DNA of 64,000 nt from Candidatus Bathyarchaeota archaeon (GCA_963707955.1 OY970176.1:1312001-1376000), one strand, 5' to 3'. Positions 1-10,293 are shown, counted from the stretch's first letter. Notes: generated by a model from the sequence alone, not told the origin. Translations and numbers: made by a program.

Positions 1-82
1 CGGGCGAAATCAAATACAACGTGGCATGAAAAGCCGCAAAAACCCCGATGAACGCCACAGTTTTCGTCGACAAGGGCTTCAT
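1..82 (-). CDS. ECF-transporter S-component-like membrane protein, N-terminus (runs off window edge)
   Basis: Manual translation MKPLSTKTVAFIGVFAAFHATLYLISP resembles the typical S-component first TM helix. Confidence 0.55.
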   Translation of the reverse strand, partial: MKPLSTKTVAFIGVFAAFHATLYLISP

Positions 83-126
83 ATTTCAATCGAACGTAAT
101 TTTCTACATCAGCTAATATGCATTAT

Positions 127-197
127 GGGTTGCAATAGCTTAGCGCCAGACGAACCCACCTCCTGGGCTTGGGCGTAAGCCACAAAATGCGAGACCC
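127..197 (-). other. Long imperfect stem-loop upstream of the S-component gene (candidate structured leader or sRNA)
   Basis: Minus-strand pairings GGGT/ACCC, GCA/TGC, TGGCTTA/TAAGCTA, CGCC/GGCG, AGCCC/GGGTT; loop AGGAGGT. Confidence 0.45.
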
Positions 198-328
198 TGC
201 GTGCCAAAATAAGGTTTAATTAATTTAGGGACAAGCCAGCGTGCCTATACTATGAAAGCAGTTATATCAACCTTTATCATCTAAAAACTCCAACTGTTCG
301 CGCAATGGTAGGAGAACAAGCTGAGTAA

Positions 329-1801
329 TTGATAAAACTGAGAATAGACGTTGACTACCCCTATCCTTCAAGAAACAAGAGCTTCTTCTACACAGCGCTG
401 AGCATCAGACCAGACAAAGATTATCTGAAGAACTCGAAAATAATCGCAAGGATGATAAACGAATCACCGGAAGAAGTGGAAGCCACGTGGTTCTTCACTC
501 CAGCAACAACCCCGGACAGGGAGCTACTGAGCCTGCTGAACAACGATAGACACGAAGTTGCACTTCACATCGTCAACAACCCTTATTCTGAATGGAAGAA
601 TATGGAGAGAATGACAGGCAAAAAGATGCGTTATTACACCGTCCACGGAACAGAAAGGTTGCTCGCGAGAATCATGTGGAGACGGTGGACAACGAGATCA
701 CCAAGAATCCCGCAAGAATTCCCTCTAATCTCCTTCTATCAGTTTCCCACAAAACATCTGGACGCTATATGCTACTCCACTTCGACTGACAAAGCTGTAA
801 AGATCGCCCAAAACGCCATACGAGAAGGCCATGTCCTGCATTTCCACCCGATCTGGCTTTTTCAAAAAGGAAAGATTAACCACAGAGGGCCCTTCTACGA
901 CACGTTAAGAAAGATACTTGACGTGGACAAGGACGTTGAAGCAATAGCGTATCGCAAGAAAATCTTTTTCACAATAGCTAAAAACGCGGAAGAATATGAA
1001 AAAGATGTTGTTCCAACAGGCGAACTCGTCGCGAAGATGCGAGAAAGAGGAGCTGACGTGTTCACCTTCCTAGAGAGAGGGTGGGTCCGCACACTCTCAT
1101 GCTCAAAATCATGGGTCAAAGGAAGCGACAACATCGCACTTCTTCACGTAACAAGCTACGATGACTGGTGGAAAAGCATAGGGAAAAAAACCCGTAACGT
1201 GATTCGCAAGGCAGAAAAAAGCGGAGTGAAAACGAGAGTAGCCGAACCAGACGAGAAGCTAGCAGAAGGCATGTGGAAAATCTACAACGAAACCCCAATT
1301 AGACAGGACCGCGCGTTCCCACACTACGGTGAATCCCTGGATGCAATAACTAGAGGCTTGCACTCGACACGAAACGTCACATACGTAGGAGCCTTCTTGC
1401 AGGATGAACTTACAGGATTCATACAGCTAGTTCACGGTGACCGCATAGTCATAATCTCCCAGATACTTTCATTGCAAAAACACTGGGATAAGGCAGTGAG
1501 CAACGCTTTAGTAGCAAAGACGGTTGAAGTTTGCGCAAGCAAACATGAAGAATGGCTCATGTATGCACGCATGGGAAACCACCCTTCGCTGGACAAATTC
1601 AAACAGAGCAACGCCTTCGTCAAGTTCCCACTGACACGTTATTACGTGCCACTAACAGGAAGGGGCAGAGTGGCCCTAAGACTTGGGTTGCACGTAGAAA
1701 TGAAAGACGCTCTTCCGCAGAGAATAAAGTATCCGCTCATCCCATTTTACAACTGGATAAGCAGAACAAAAGTGAGAATCAGGCTTCGTTTGAAAACGTA
1801 G
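329..1801 (+). CDS. Polysaccharide deacetylase-like domain fused to FemAB/GNAT-like acyltransferase
   Basis: N-terminal LRIDVD, HEVALH, HFHP; C-terminal KKTRNVIRKAEKSGV and SLDKFKQ. Confidence 0.6.
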   Translation: MIKLRIDVDYPYPSRNKSFFYTALSIRPDKDYLKNSKIIARMINESPEEVEATWFFTPATTPDRELLSLLNNDRHEVALHIVNNPYSEWKNMERMTGKKMRYYTVHGTERLLARIMWRRWTTRSPRIPQEFPLISFYQFPTKHLDAICYSTSTDKAVKIAQNAIREGHVLHFHPIWLFQKGKINHRGPFYDTLRKILDVDKDVEAIAYRKKIFFTIAKNAEEYEKDVVPTGELVAKMRERGADVFTFLERGWVRTLSCSKSWVKGSDNIALLHVTSYDDWWKSIGKKTRNVIRKAEKSGVKTRVAEPDEKLAEGMWKIYNETPIRQDRAFPHYGESLDAITRGLHSTRNVTYVGAFLQDELTGFIQLVHGDRIVIISQILSLQKHWDKAVSNALVAKTVEVCASKHEEWLMYARMGNHPSLDKFKQSNAFVKFPLTRYYVPLTGRGRVALRLGLHVEMKDALPQRIKYPLIPFYNWISRTKVRIRLRLKT

Positions 1802-1977
1802 AACAGCACCTTAACGCGTACCCGAGGGTTTTGCTCGCTTCTGCCAAGTGTTATGGCGCAGCTTAGTCTCAGGCATACGATCGAAAAACTGATCCAAAAC
1901 GTGGGAATCATATTGCACTAGAACACAAAAAAATATACCCGTACACTGTTATGATCTGATTCGACAAGGGTGGCTTC

Positions 1978-3468
1978 TTGGCAAAGAAGGAAATAAGAGT
2001 TCAGTATTCAGGACTCATATTTTTCGGAGCCAAACTGATCAGTGTTGCCACAGGCATCCTCTTCACTCTACTGCTGGGTTCATTGTCGCAAGATAAGCTA
2101 GGAGCCTGGGGCATCCTTCTCAACATAATAGTCCCGTATTTCACGCTGTTGTCAGGAGCACTCTCATTCTGGACGATGCGCTTTGTCGCCAGAGACAAAG
2201 AAGGGGCAGCTAAAACGGGGATCGTGGCAAACATGACCATTGCGACAATAGCCACGCTCATCTACCTAGCGTTGCTGCCGTTGGTTACGCAAGCGTTTAG
2301 CCTACAAGATTACGTTATAGCATACATTCTAGTTGCAACACAAATAATCGAAACTTACATTATCACAGTCTTTGAAGCGTGTATGCAAGCTCAGCGACCA
2401 CAGTTCGTAGCTTACGGTTTGTTGATTGGAGAAGTGCTCAAAGTCGTCCTTGCTTACACTTTTGTAATAGCACTTCACTTGGACCTCGTGGGCATGATTC
2501 TCAGTCTTGCAATAGCATTCGCCGTCAAAATAGCATTCTATTTCAAGAATATGTTGATCGAACTTCGACAGAAGTTCGTCTTCAGCCACGTGAAAGAGTG
2601 GCTTAAAGGTTCAACGTTCAACTTATACAGCGCTATAGGTGACAGAATTGCCAGTGTCATATTCATCATGCTCAGCGTTTACGGCCAGAAGATCGGCGTG
2701 AGTTACTACACTGCAGCGCAACTAATCACGAATGTAATAGCGTACTCCGGCGCTGTGGCCTTTGCACTGTACCCGAAAATTCTGGCCGAGCGGAAAATGG
2801 ATGAGGTCACCTCCTCTCTAAGGATGGTCTTGATGTTCGCAATTCCTATGACTGTCGGAGTCCTCGCGATTCCTAACTCGTATCTCATCTTTTTCAATGT
2901 GCAGGGCACGTACGTAGTTGCCATGCCAGTCCTGATAATATTGGCGATCGACGCCCTGATCCAGACAAACGCAGGGTTCTTCACCAATATACTCTACGGA
3001 ATTGAGAGTGTGGACGAAGAAGCAAAGATACCTGTAGGGCAGCTCGTGAAAAGCAGGCTGTTCATATCCTTCTCTTTGCCTTACCTTCATTCAGCGATAA
3101 CTCTGCCGATAGCTTACTACGCTCTGACGCACTTCGCGAACAACGACCCGCTGCTAGTTGCAGTCTACGTCACTGGAATATTCATGATGGGACATCTGAT
3201 CTGTTTTCTAGTTTTGCTCGGTGTCTTGCATAAGGCCGTCAGGTTGAATATTCCATGGAAAAGCATTGTGAAGTACGTAGTTGCATCAGCGATTATGGCG
3301 CTAATTCTGATCGCAGGTCACCCAGTAGCGAGAATTTCAACACTCATATTCACTGGTGTTGGAGGATTGGCTTACCTATCATTGCTCGTTGCAATTGACA
3401 AAGAAACAAGAAACCTCGCAATAGTAATATGGGGAACATTGAAGACAAGATTCGGAAGAGGTTATTGA
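1978..3468 (+). CDS. Oligosaccharide flippase (MOP/Wzx-like)
   Basis: About 14 hydrophobic segments; paralog of 7226..8749 (IRVQYSGL, FALYPK, VLMFAIPM). Confidence 0.75.
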   Translation: MAKKEIRVQYSGLIFFGAKLISVATGILFTLLLGSLSQDKLGAWGILLNIIVPYFTLLSGALSFWTMRFVARDKEGAAKTGIVANMTIATIATLIYLALLPLVTQAFSLQDYVIAYILVATQIIETYIITVFEACMQAQRPQFVAYGLLIGEVLKVVLAYTFVIALHLDLVGMILSLAIAFAVKIAFYFKNMLIELRQKFVFSHVKEWLKGSTFNLYSAIGDRIASVIFIMLSVYGQKIGVSYYTAAQLITNVIAYSGAVAFALYPKILAERKMDEVTSSLRMVLMFAIPMTVGVLAIPNSYLIFFNVQGTYVVAMPVLIILAIDALIQTNAGFFTNILYGIESVDEEAKIPVGQLVKSRLFISFSLPYLHSAITLPIAYYALTHFANNDPLLVAVYVTGIFMMGHLICFLVLLGVLHKAVRLNIPWKSIVKYVVASAIMALILIAGHPVARISTLIFTGVGGLAYLSLLVAIDKETRNLAIVIWGTLKTRFGRGY

Positions 3469-3582
3469 CACAACGCGCCAAGCAATGCTAAAAATGGCGC
3501 GTCCTCAACCTCTTGATTGAAACAGTTCTTCGTCGCCTCAGAAATTGGTCCTGAAACGTGTCTAATTCTCCAAGAAGAGTCA

Positions 3583-3852
3583 CTAGGCCAACAGCTCAGA
3601 AAGAAGGGCGTTCAGTTCGTCTTTGTCTCTGAGACCCCTGAAAATGGCTTTGCCACTTCCGTAAAGTCGAAAAGAAAAATCCCTGTAGGTCAGTTCGGAA
3701 ACTATTCCAGCGATAGACTTCTTTGTAACGGCTTTTTTCAGAATCTTCTTGACAACTTCTTCTCTCTTATCGTATTTGAAGATCACAATAACATCTTTCT
3801 CTTTGCCGCATGTCCCTTCAACCCTGACCACGTAGTCTTCTAATCTGACCAT
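3583..3852 (-). CDS. Small protein resembling the C-terminal domain of ThiF/MoeB-family proteins
   Basis: TCG and FRLYGSGKAIFRG motifs; TAATG overlap with sufS. Confidence 0.5.
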   Translation of the reverse strand: MVRLEDYVVRVEGTCGKEKDVIVIFKYDKREEVVKKILKKAVTKKSIAGIVSELTYRDFSFRLYGSGKAIFRGLRDKDELNALLSELLA

Positions 3853-5090
3853 TAGAACTGCTCGATCTCCTTCAGCACCTCAGTGAAACTGTCAATCTCT
3901 TCGCGAGTATTGTATATGTAGAAACTCGCCCTTGCTGAGGAACTCAGCTTAAACATCTCATGCAACGGTTGGGCACAGTGAAAACCGCTTCTTATCATTA
4001 TTCCATAATTGTCAAGGAACAAGGCAACATCGTGTGAGCTTAGACCATCCACGCCGAAGGGAATTATTCCACATCTAGCAGACGTGTCCTTGGTTCCGTA
4101 AACTTCAAGCCTCTTGCAACAATCTTGCATGCGAGGCAGGGCATACTCGGTCAACCTTTCCTCATGCTCTTTCACGTTATCCATGCCGACGCGTTTGAGG
4201 TATCTCACGGCTTCCATGAACCCAACCGCTCCACCGACGTTCGGTGTTCCAGCTTCAAACTTCCACGGCAAAACATTCCAAGTTATTGAACAACGCTTCG
4301 TCCTTTTGTCGAAGGAGACCTCCCGTATCATTGCGCCCCCGCCCTGGAAGGGCTCCAGCTCCTCAAGAATCTCACGCTTTCCATACAGGACTCCTATGCC
4401 CGTTGGTCCTAACATCTTATGGCCCGAAAAAGCAAGAAAATCCGCGTCGAGATCCTTAACGTTCACCGGCATGTGCGGAACAGATTGAGCTCCGTCCACC
4501 AACATCAGGGCTCCGTGTTCATGCGCTGTTCTCGCAACTCTCTTCACGTTGTTGATTGTTCCTGTGACGTTTGAGACGTGAGAAAGGCAAACCATCTTGG
4601 TCTTCTTAGAGATCACTTTTTCAAAAGAGTCGTAGTTCAGGGTTCCGTCTCTGTTCACTCCGACGTATTTGATTTTGTAACCCCTAATCTTCGAGATTAT
4701 TTCCCAGGGAACTATGTTGCTGTGGTGCTCCATCAGCGACAGGACAACTTCGTCGTCCTCTTTTAGGTTGCGAAGTCCCCAAGCGTAGGCAACCAGGTTT
4801 ATGGCCTCAGTTGTGCCTCTGACGAAGATTATCTCTTCCATCCCTCTTGCGTTTATGAACTTGGCAACTTCTTCGTGAGCGCTCTCATAGAGTTCCGAAG
4901 CCTCTTGAGAGAGCGTGTACACAGCCCTGTGAACGTTTGCGTTGTGGTTTTCATAGAAATCTTTGATGGCGTCGATCACTTGTCTCGGTTTCTGTGTGGT
5001 CGCTGCGTTGTCGAAGTAGATCAAGGGGTGATTGTTTATCTTCCGTTTCAAAATCGGGAAATCCTTCCGAATACTGTAGGGGTCTAACAT
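3852..5090 (-). CDS. sufS: Cysteine desulfurase, SufS/group II
   Basis: YFDNAATTQKP, MEHHSN, DGAQS, FSGHKM, RSGFHCAQP. Confidence 0.95.
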   Translation of the reverse strand: MLDPYSIRKDFPILKRKINNHPLIYFDNAATTQKPRQVIDAIKDFYENHNANVHRAVYTLSQEASELYESAHEEVAKFINARGMEEIIFVRGTTEAINLVAYAWGLRNLKEDDEVVLSLMEHHSNIVPWEIISKIRGYKIKYVGVNRDGTLNYDSFEKVISKKTKMVCLSHVSNVTGTINNVKRVARTAHEHGALMLVDGAQSVPHMPVNVKDLDADFLAFSGHKMLGPTGIGVLYGKREILEELEPFQGGGAMIREVSFDKRTKRCSITWNVLPWKFEAGTPNVGGAVGFMEAVRYLKRVGMDNVKEHEERLTEYALPRMQDCCKRLEVYGTKDTSARCGIIPFGVDGLSSHDVALFLDNYGIMIRSGFHCAQPLHEMFKLSSSARASFYIYNTREEIDSFTEVLKEIEQF

Positions 5091-5590
5091 TATTTTCCTT
5101 CTGCCGCTTTCATCCTTTTCTCAAGCATCTTTGCTAGTTGTTCCTCTTCCAAAGCCTGTTTCTCTTCGAAGCTCGGCTCTTTCTGCAACCAGCTGGGAGA
5201 AGCCCCTATCTTTTCAAAGTACTTTCTTAACGCTCTCTTCAGTGCTCCCACGGCTAAGATGCCGCAGTGAAATTTGACGGTTGGCAACCCGCCCACGGCT
5301 TCTGCCACGCTCTTGTAGGATACTTTCCACGCGTCTTCAAGCTTCATGCCTTTTACCATCTCAGTTACTATGCTTGACGTGGCTATGTTCGCGGCGCAGC
5401 CATAACTCTCAAACGATGCCTTCTCAATGACGCCTGCGTCGCTGATCTTCAGGTAGAAGGTTATCATGTCTCCACACATGGGGTTTCCCGCGACGGCCGA
5501 TATGCTGGCGTCCTCCATTTTCCCGAGGTTCTTCGGGTTCCTGAACAACTCTAATATTTTTGGGTTGTAGGGCAAGGGGGCACGGGACAA
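5090..5590 (-). CDS. iscU: Fe-S cluster scaffold IscU/NifU N-domain
   Basis: GNPMCGD, YGCA, KFHC. Confidence 0.9.
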   Translation of the reverse strand: MSRAPLPYNPKILELFRNPKNLGKMEDASISAVAGNPMCGDMITFYLKISDAGVIEKASFESYGCAANIATSSIVTEMVKGMKLEDAWKVSYKSVAEAVGGLPTVKFHCGILAVGALKRALRKYFEKIGASPSWLQKEPSFEEKQALEEEQLAKMLEKRMKAAEGK

Positions 5591-5592
5591 TG

Positions 5593-6816
5593 CTACTCCG
5601 CTCCTGTAGAACCGGTTATACCTCTTATTCGATCAACAGCCTTGGGAATTACTTCCAAGGCATAATTTATGTCTTCCTCGGTGTGAACCCTCGAAACCTT
5701 CATCAGTATACTGCCGTGAGCTTGGTCGAACTTTCTGCCTATCGCAACCAGAACATGGCTCGGCTGCAGCAGCCTTCTGGAGCAGGCGCTTCCGCTTGAA
5801 ACGTAGACGCCGCTGAGGCTGAGCTCTATCGTCAGAGCCTCTCCTTCGCATCTAAGGAAGCTTATGTTCGCGTTGTCAGGAGCCCGCCTCGCTCCGACGG
5901 GACCGTTAAGCTCAATGTCCACTATTCTGCTGGTTATTCCATCAACAAGCTTGTCCCGCAGCTTCTTTATTCTCCCAACGTTCTCTTCAAAATCTTGGAA
6001 AATAAGCTCAGACGCTTTCGTGAAACCGACGATCAAAGGCGTATTCTCTACCCCAGGCCAGAGCCTCTGCGTTCCTATCTGCCCTTCCAAGATTCTTTCC
6101 AATTCAACACCTTCCTTCACGTACAAGCAGCCCATTCCTCTCGGCCCCAAAATCTTGTAGCTGCTGACCGTTGCCATGTCAACGCCCAAGTCTTGCACGT
6201 CGAACGGCACCTTGCCATATGCGTCCGAAGCGTCCGTGTGAAAGACGGTTTCCTTGTTCTTGTCCTGAACTATCTCCACTGCCTCCTTTATCGGTTGAAC
6301 CGTGCCTATCTCATGGTTCACCGTCGACAAGCTCACGAGGGCAGTTTCGTGGTCGATGGCTTCGCTCAGTCTGTCAAGGTTCAAGAAGCCCTCACTGTCA
6401 ACCGGAATCTTCGTTGCCGTGAAACCGCTTTTCTGAAGCATCTCGACGACGTGCAAGACGTTTATGGGTTCGACCTCTGAAACCACGATCTTCCTAGCTT
6501 TTTCCCTGATCGCAAGAGCAGTTCCCATTATTGCCAAGTTGTTGGCTTCGGTTTCCCCCGGAGTGAAGTTTACTTCCTCCACGTTTTTGCACTTGAGGAA
6601 GGACGCTATCCTCTGAGACGATTCCATTATCGCTTCGAACGCTTCCCAGCCCGGCTTGTGCGTCAAAGTGGGGTTTCCATAGGCAAGTCGACTGTAATAA
6701 GGCAACATCGCGTCAACGACATCTGTTGGGACGGCGCTTGAATTCTCGATGTCCAGATACACTTCACGTTTCACTCGCTCGTGCGCCTTCAACAGTTCCT
6801 TAACGTTTTCAACCAT
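5593..6816 (-). CDS. iscS: Cysteine desulfurase, IscS/NifS group I (atypical PLP pocket)
   Basis: TEANN, NHEIG, SSYKILGP, SSGSAC. Confidence 0.85.
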   Translation of the reverse strand: MVENVKELLKAHERVKREVYLDIENSSAVPTDVVDAMLPYYSRLAYGNPTLTHKPGWEAFEAIMESSQRIASFLKCKNVEEVNFTPGETEANNLAIMGTALAIREKARKIVVSEVEPINVLHVVEMLQKSGFTATKIPVDSEGFLNLDRLSEAIDHETALVSLSTVNHEIGTVQPIKEAVEIVQDKNKETVFHTDASDAYGKVPFDVQDLGVDMATVSSYKILGPRGMGCLYVKEGVELERILEGQIGTQRLWPGVENTPLIVGFTKASELIFQDFEENVGRIKKLRDKLVDGITSRIVDIELNGPVGARRAPDNANISFLRCEGEALTIELSLSGVYVSSGSACSRRLLQPSHVLVAIGRKFDQAHGSILMKVSRVHTEEDINYALEVIPKAVDRIRGITGSTGAE

Positions 6817-6861
6817 ACGCTGCTCAGCTCTTCCTTCTTGATCGCCTTCTACTATTCACTG

Positions 6862-6919
6862 TTTCTGATAGAAAAGCGTAACCCAGAAGAGAAATCGTTC
6901 CCGCACTCAACGCGTTAAA
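6862..6919 (+). repeat. Direct repeat, left boundary of glycan island
   Basis: TTTCTGATAGAAAAGCGTAACCCAGAAGAGAAATCG...CAACGCGTTAAA matches 20232-20288. Confidence 0.85.
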
Positions 6920-7225
6920 ACGTGCGCTAATCATGAATCTTAAAGAGAGAACACACAGCTACACGCAATAGAAAGAACACGACTATTTAGTGAGCGAGGA
7001 TTAGATAAGCACTATTCTGGAACAATTGTACTTTACGAATCCTAAAAATGAGAACTACAACGAGTTTCACGCTATTTGCTTAAGGTTAAGGCTTTGTCTA
7101 AACTTTCTCTTATTAGAGCGCGCGAAAAACGGTTTTTAAGGATCCTTCATTCAGTTCAAGATATTAAAGAGGAAACAATAACTCGTGTGGGAAAACGGAA
7201 ACAGCGCGTGCTAAAGGGACGACGT

Positions 7226-8749
7226 GTGAGTAGGAATAGAATAAGGGTTCAGTATTCAGGTCTCATAATATTTGTGGCTCAGATGCTAAGTGTCATAACG
7301 GGATTAATTTTCATTCTCCTGCTCACGAGAAGCATGTCAAATGATCAATACGGTGTATGGTCAAACATTTTTGATTTGACGGGATATTTTTTGCTTCTAA
7401 GCGGGCTGTTTCCGTTTTGGGCAACGCGCTTTGTTGCTCGCGGAAATGAAGGGTCAGCGAAAACGGGGTTTTATGCAAATCTACTGGTGTCTTTGGCTTC
7501 AATAGTGATTTACGTTCCTCTGGTTCCTCTGCTCATGAGCAAATTCAACGTAAGTGGAACATATCTGATGGTATATGTTGTTGCATCTGTATACATAGTC
7601 GCTATTTACTTGATTACTATACTAGAAGCCATTTTACGTGCGGAAAAACCTCAAGCTACAGGATACGGACTGCTTATAGAAGAGATATGTAAAATTTCGT
7701 TAGCATACTTGTTGATAGTGAGGTTTCAATTTTTTGGTCCAGTGAACCAGTTTTTTGGGGCGATGATAAGCCTCGTCGTGGCTACTTCGATTCAAGTAAT
7801 ATACTACTTGAAACTGGTGTTAAGAGATCTTAAGCAGAGGATTCAATGGAGCTACGTAAGAGAATGGCTGAAAGGTTCAGTCGGGTACATTTACAACGCG
7901 GTTGGTGTTCAGATAGCTGGTTTCATTTTCCTTCTGCTCTTCATCTATGGCGGTGAAGCAGCCAGAGGAGATTACCAGGCAGCAGCAACGTTTGCAGGCA
8001 TAGTTGGATATTCTTCATCCTTGGCCTTTGCACTATATCCAAAACTGTTGGCGGAGGATAGCCTGAAGGATGTCACATCTTCACTGAGAACAGTGTTGAT
8101 GTTCGCGATCCCGATGGCAGCAGTTGCCATGTCCATGTCCAAATCACTTTTGACAGTTTTGAAAGGGTCTTATGCAGATTCCTCGCTTGTACTATTCCTG
8201 CTAGCAATCGACGCAGTCATTGTCCTGATATCACAGTTCTATACTTCAGTGCTCCTCGGAATAGAAAAGCTGGATCAAGGAGCAAAAATCCCGCTTAAGC
8301 AATTTCTAAGGAGCAAGATGTTTAAAGTGTTCACATTACCCTACATACAAGCGGCTATTGCCTTACCAGCAGGATTATATGTTTTGACACAGCTTGCGAC
8401 CGGTAATCCTTTGCAAGCAGCTATCTACGTAACTATCATAAACATGGGGGCCCACGTTGCCGCAATTCTTGTTCTGTACATGATTACGCTTGGGGCAGTA
8501 ACGATAGTCGTTCCCTGGAGAAACATAGGAAAATATGTCTTCGCATCAGCAATCATGGTAACTGTTCTATACCTACTTCCACATCCAACAACAATACTCC
8601 CTACGCTTGGCACCGTCGTAGTGGCCGGAGCAATTTACGCTGCACTACTATTAGCGATCGATAGGGAGGCGAGAATTTTTGTTAATTCTATATGGGAAGA
8701 GATCAAGAAGTCATGGAAGCAGTTTTTCGGCGGGGAGGCAACGACATGA
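7226..8749 (+). CDS. Oligosaccharide flippase (MOP/Wzx-like), paralog 2
   Basis: GTG start chosen by alignment with the 1978 paralog; multi-TM. Confidence 0.75.
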   Translation: MSRNRIRVQYSGLIIFVAQMLSVITGLIFILLLTRSMSNDQYGVWSNIFDLTGYFLLLSGLFPFWATRFVARGNEGSAKTGFYANLLVSLASIVIYVPLVPLLMSKFNVSGTYLMVYVVASVYIVAIYLITILEAILRAEKPQATGYGLLIEEICKISLAYLLIVRFQFFGPVNQFFGAMISLVVATSIQVIYYLKLVLRDLKQRIQWSYVREWLKGSVGYIYNAVGVQIAGFIFLLLFIYGGEAARGDYQAAATFAGIVGYSSSLAFALYPKLLAEDSLKDVTSSLRTVLMFAIPMAAVAMSMSKSLLTVLKGSYADSSLVLFLLAIDAVIVLISQFYTSVLLGIEKLDQGAKIPLKQFLRSKMFKVFTLPYIQAAIALPAGLYVLTQLATGNPLQAAIYVTIINMGAHVAAILVLYMITLGAVTIVVPWRNIGKYVFASAIMVTVLYLLPHPTTILPTLGTVVVAGAIYAALLLAIDREARIFVNSIWEEIKKSWKQFFGGEATT

Positions 8750-9087
8750 AACCATCGGAGCAGTACTCAACCAAAATTTGCAAGATCTCGCGCTGTAGGT
8801 TGAATGTTCAGTTGTACTTAATTACAGCGCGCCCTGCCAAGTTTCGGATGCGCGATCAAGTCCCTTAAAAAGCCAAGATATATGGTGACCCTAAGACCCA
8901 ACTGAACGAGATCGAACAGCGGTCTCATCCACCTAAAGACTGTTCGTTCTTGGATTCTGAGAGGCTTGTTCACTTAGGCTTCTCAACCATTTTCTATATG
9001 AAACATGGTCTATCTATCTCCAGAGCATTCGGTCACAAGGCTGAACGATATGCAAGAACAATTTGTTTCCTTCATCGATTCTTGGCC

Positions 9088-10023
9088 TTAAAGCAGCCCT
9101 TGGTAAATGGATTCAAGCCGCGAGATTACCGCATCAACGTTGTGATGTCTTTCTAGAAACTCGTGTTCTCTTTCCCATAGATCTGACGGCAGATTTGCTA
9201 TTGACTCAGCAATCTCCTCTTCAACCCGAAGATCTTTCAGCGGAAAATCCCTGTTTTCTGGATAATCCGATGAGACGTAGCAGAGAGCAGGTCTTCCGCA
9301 GGCTATTGCCTCAAGCGAAACCATTCCCAGTGACCCTAAGGTGAAACGGTCTATAACTATGTCAGCATTCCAGTAATACTCGCTTAGCCTGTCATGAGGT
9401 GCTTTTGGCAAAATGTTCAGACGCAACCCTAACGAGTTAGCCAGCTCTACGGTCTTGGCAAAGTCTATCCCAATGGCGATTATGCTGACATTCACAATAT
9501 CTTTGATCTTTGCCAAAGCCCTTATGCTGATGTCTGTTCCTTTGACTGTCCAGTTTGAGTCGCTTGCTATCAGTACACGCTTTGGTCCATCGTGCTGATT
9601 AGCAGACTTAGAGTGGAAAAGCTCCTTGTTGACCGGGTTTGGCATGTATTCTGCATCCTCTCTGAACACTTTGGCTTGACCTAGGATATCGGGGGTGCTC
9701 ACAAGAACCCTGTCACATTTTTTGAGGTTGTGTCGGACAATTCGTCCCCAAACCTTATGCTTCAAACTCGATCTCAGGTCGCTGCCATGCGCATGTCCAA
9801 CTAAAGGTTTCTTCCCCAATCGATTCGCGATGTAAGTGTCCTGAAGAAGATAATGCGCGTGATACACGTCCGCTTCAGCTCGAAAAATCTTGTAGGCAAT
9901 GCCGAACGTCTTGCTCCACAGGCCTCTGGTACGCTTGACGTGTTCCTTTTCGATGCTAGCAGGCAAGTATTTCAGTAAGGTTTCACCCACAAAGGCGCAG
10001 TCGTTGATCATCACAACCTTCAT
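9088..10023 (-). CDS. Glycosyltransferase family 4
   Basis: HAHGSD and GSLGMVSLEAIACGRP. Confidence 0.85.
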   Translation of the reverse strand: MKVVMINDCAFVGETLLKYLPASIEKEHVKRTRGLWSKTFGIAYKIFRAEADVYHAHYLLQDTYIANRLGKKPLVGHAHGSDLRSSLKHKVWGRIVRHNLKKCDRVLVSTPDILGQAKVFREDAEYMPNPVNKELFHSKSANQHDGPKRVLIASDSNWTVKGTDISIRALAKIKDIVNVSIIAIGIDFAKTVELANSLGLRLNILPKAPHDRLSEYYWNADIVIDRFTLGSLGMVSLEAIACGRPALCYVSSDYPENRDFPLKDLRVEEEIAESIANLPSDLWEREHEFLERHHNVDAVISRLESIYQGLL

Positions 10024-10293
10024 CTAAGCATCATCACACAGCATGGCATTGGTCTATATCTGGAAAAGCAGTTATATCAGTGTTTATTACCTTAAATCGA
10101 GGCTATTGACAAAAGCCCGAATTTGCCGCTTTATACCTCGTCAGAGCCATCGCCAGCTAGTTTTGGTTCCCCAGAAACGAGTGTGAAGAACGAAACGTAC
10201 AATAGCATATCACCTATCTTTATAAGATATAAGGAGGCTTGTCTAATTGAAATTCCTGCAGAATGAGAGCCGCAGTTCAGGAGATGAACTAAG

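Noticed and set aside
7076-7225. N-terminal extensions in the ORF track (7076, 15673, 16710, 17131, 33113, 50603)
   Set aside because: Downstream starts fit paralogs, family N-termini, SD motifs or gene overlaps better.
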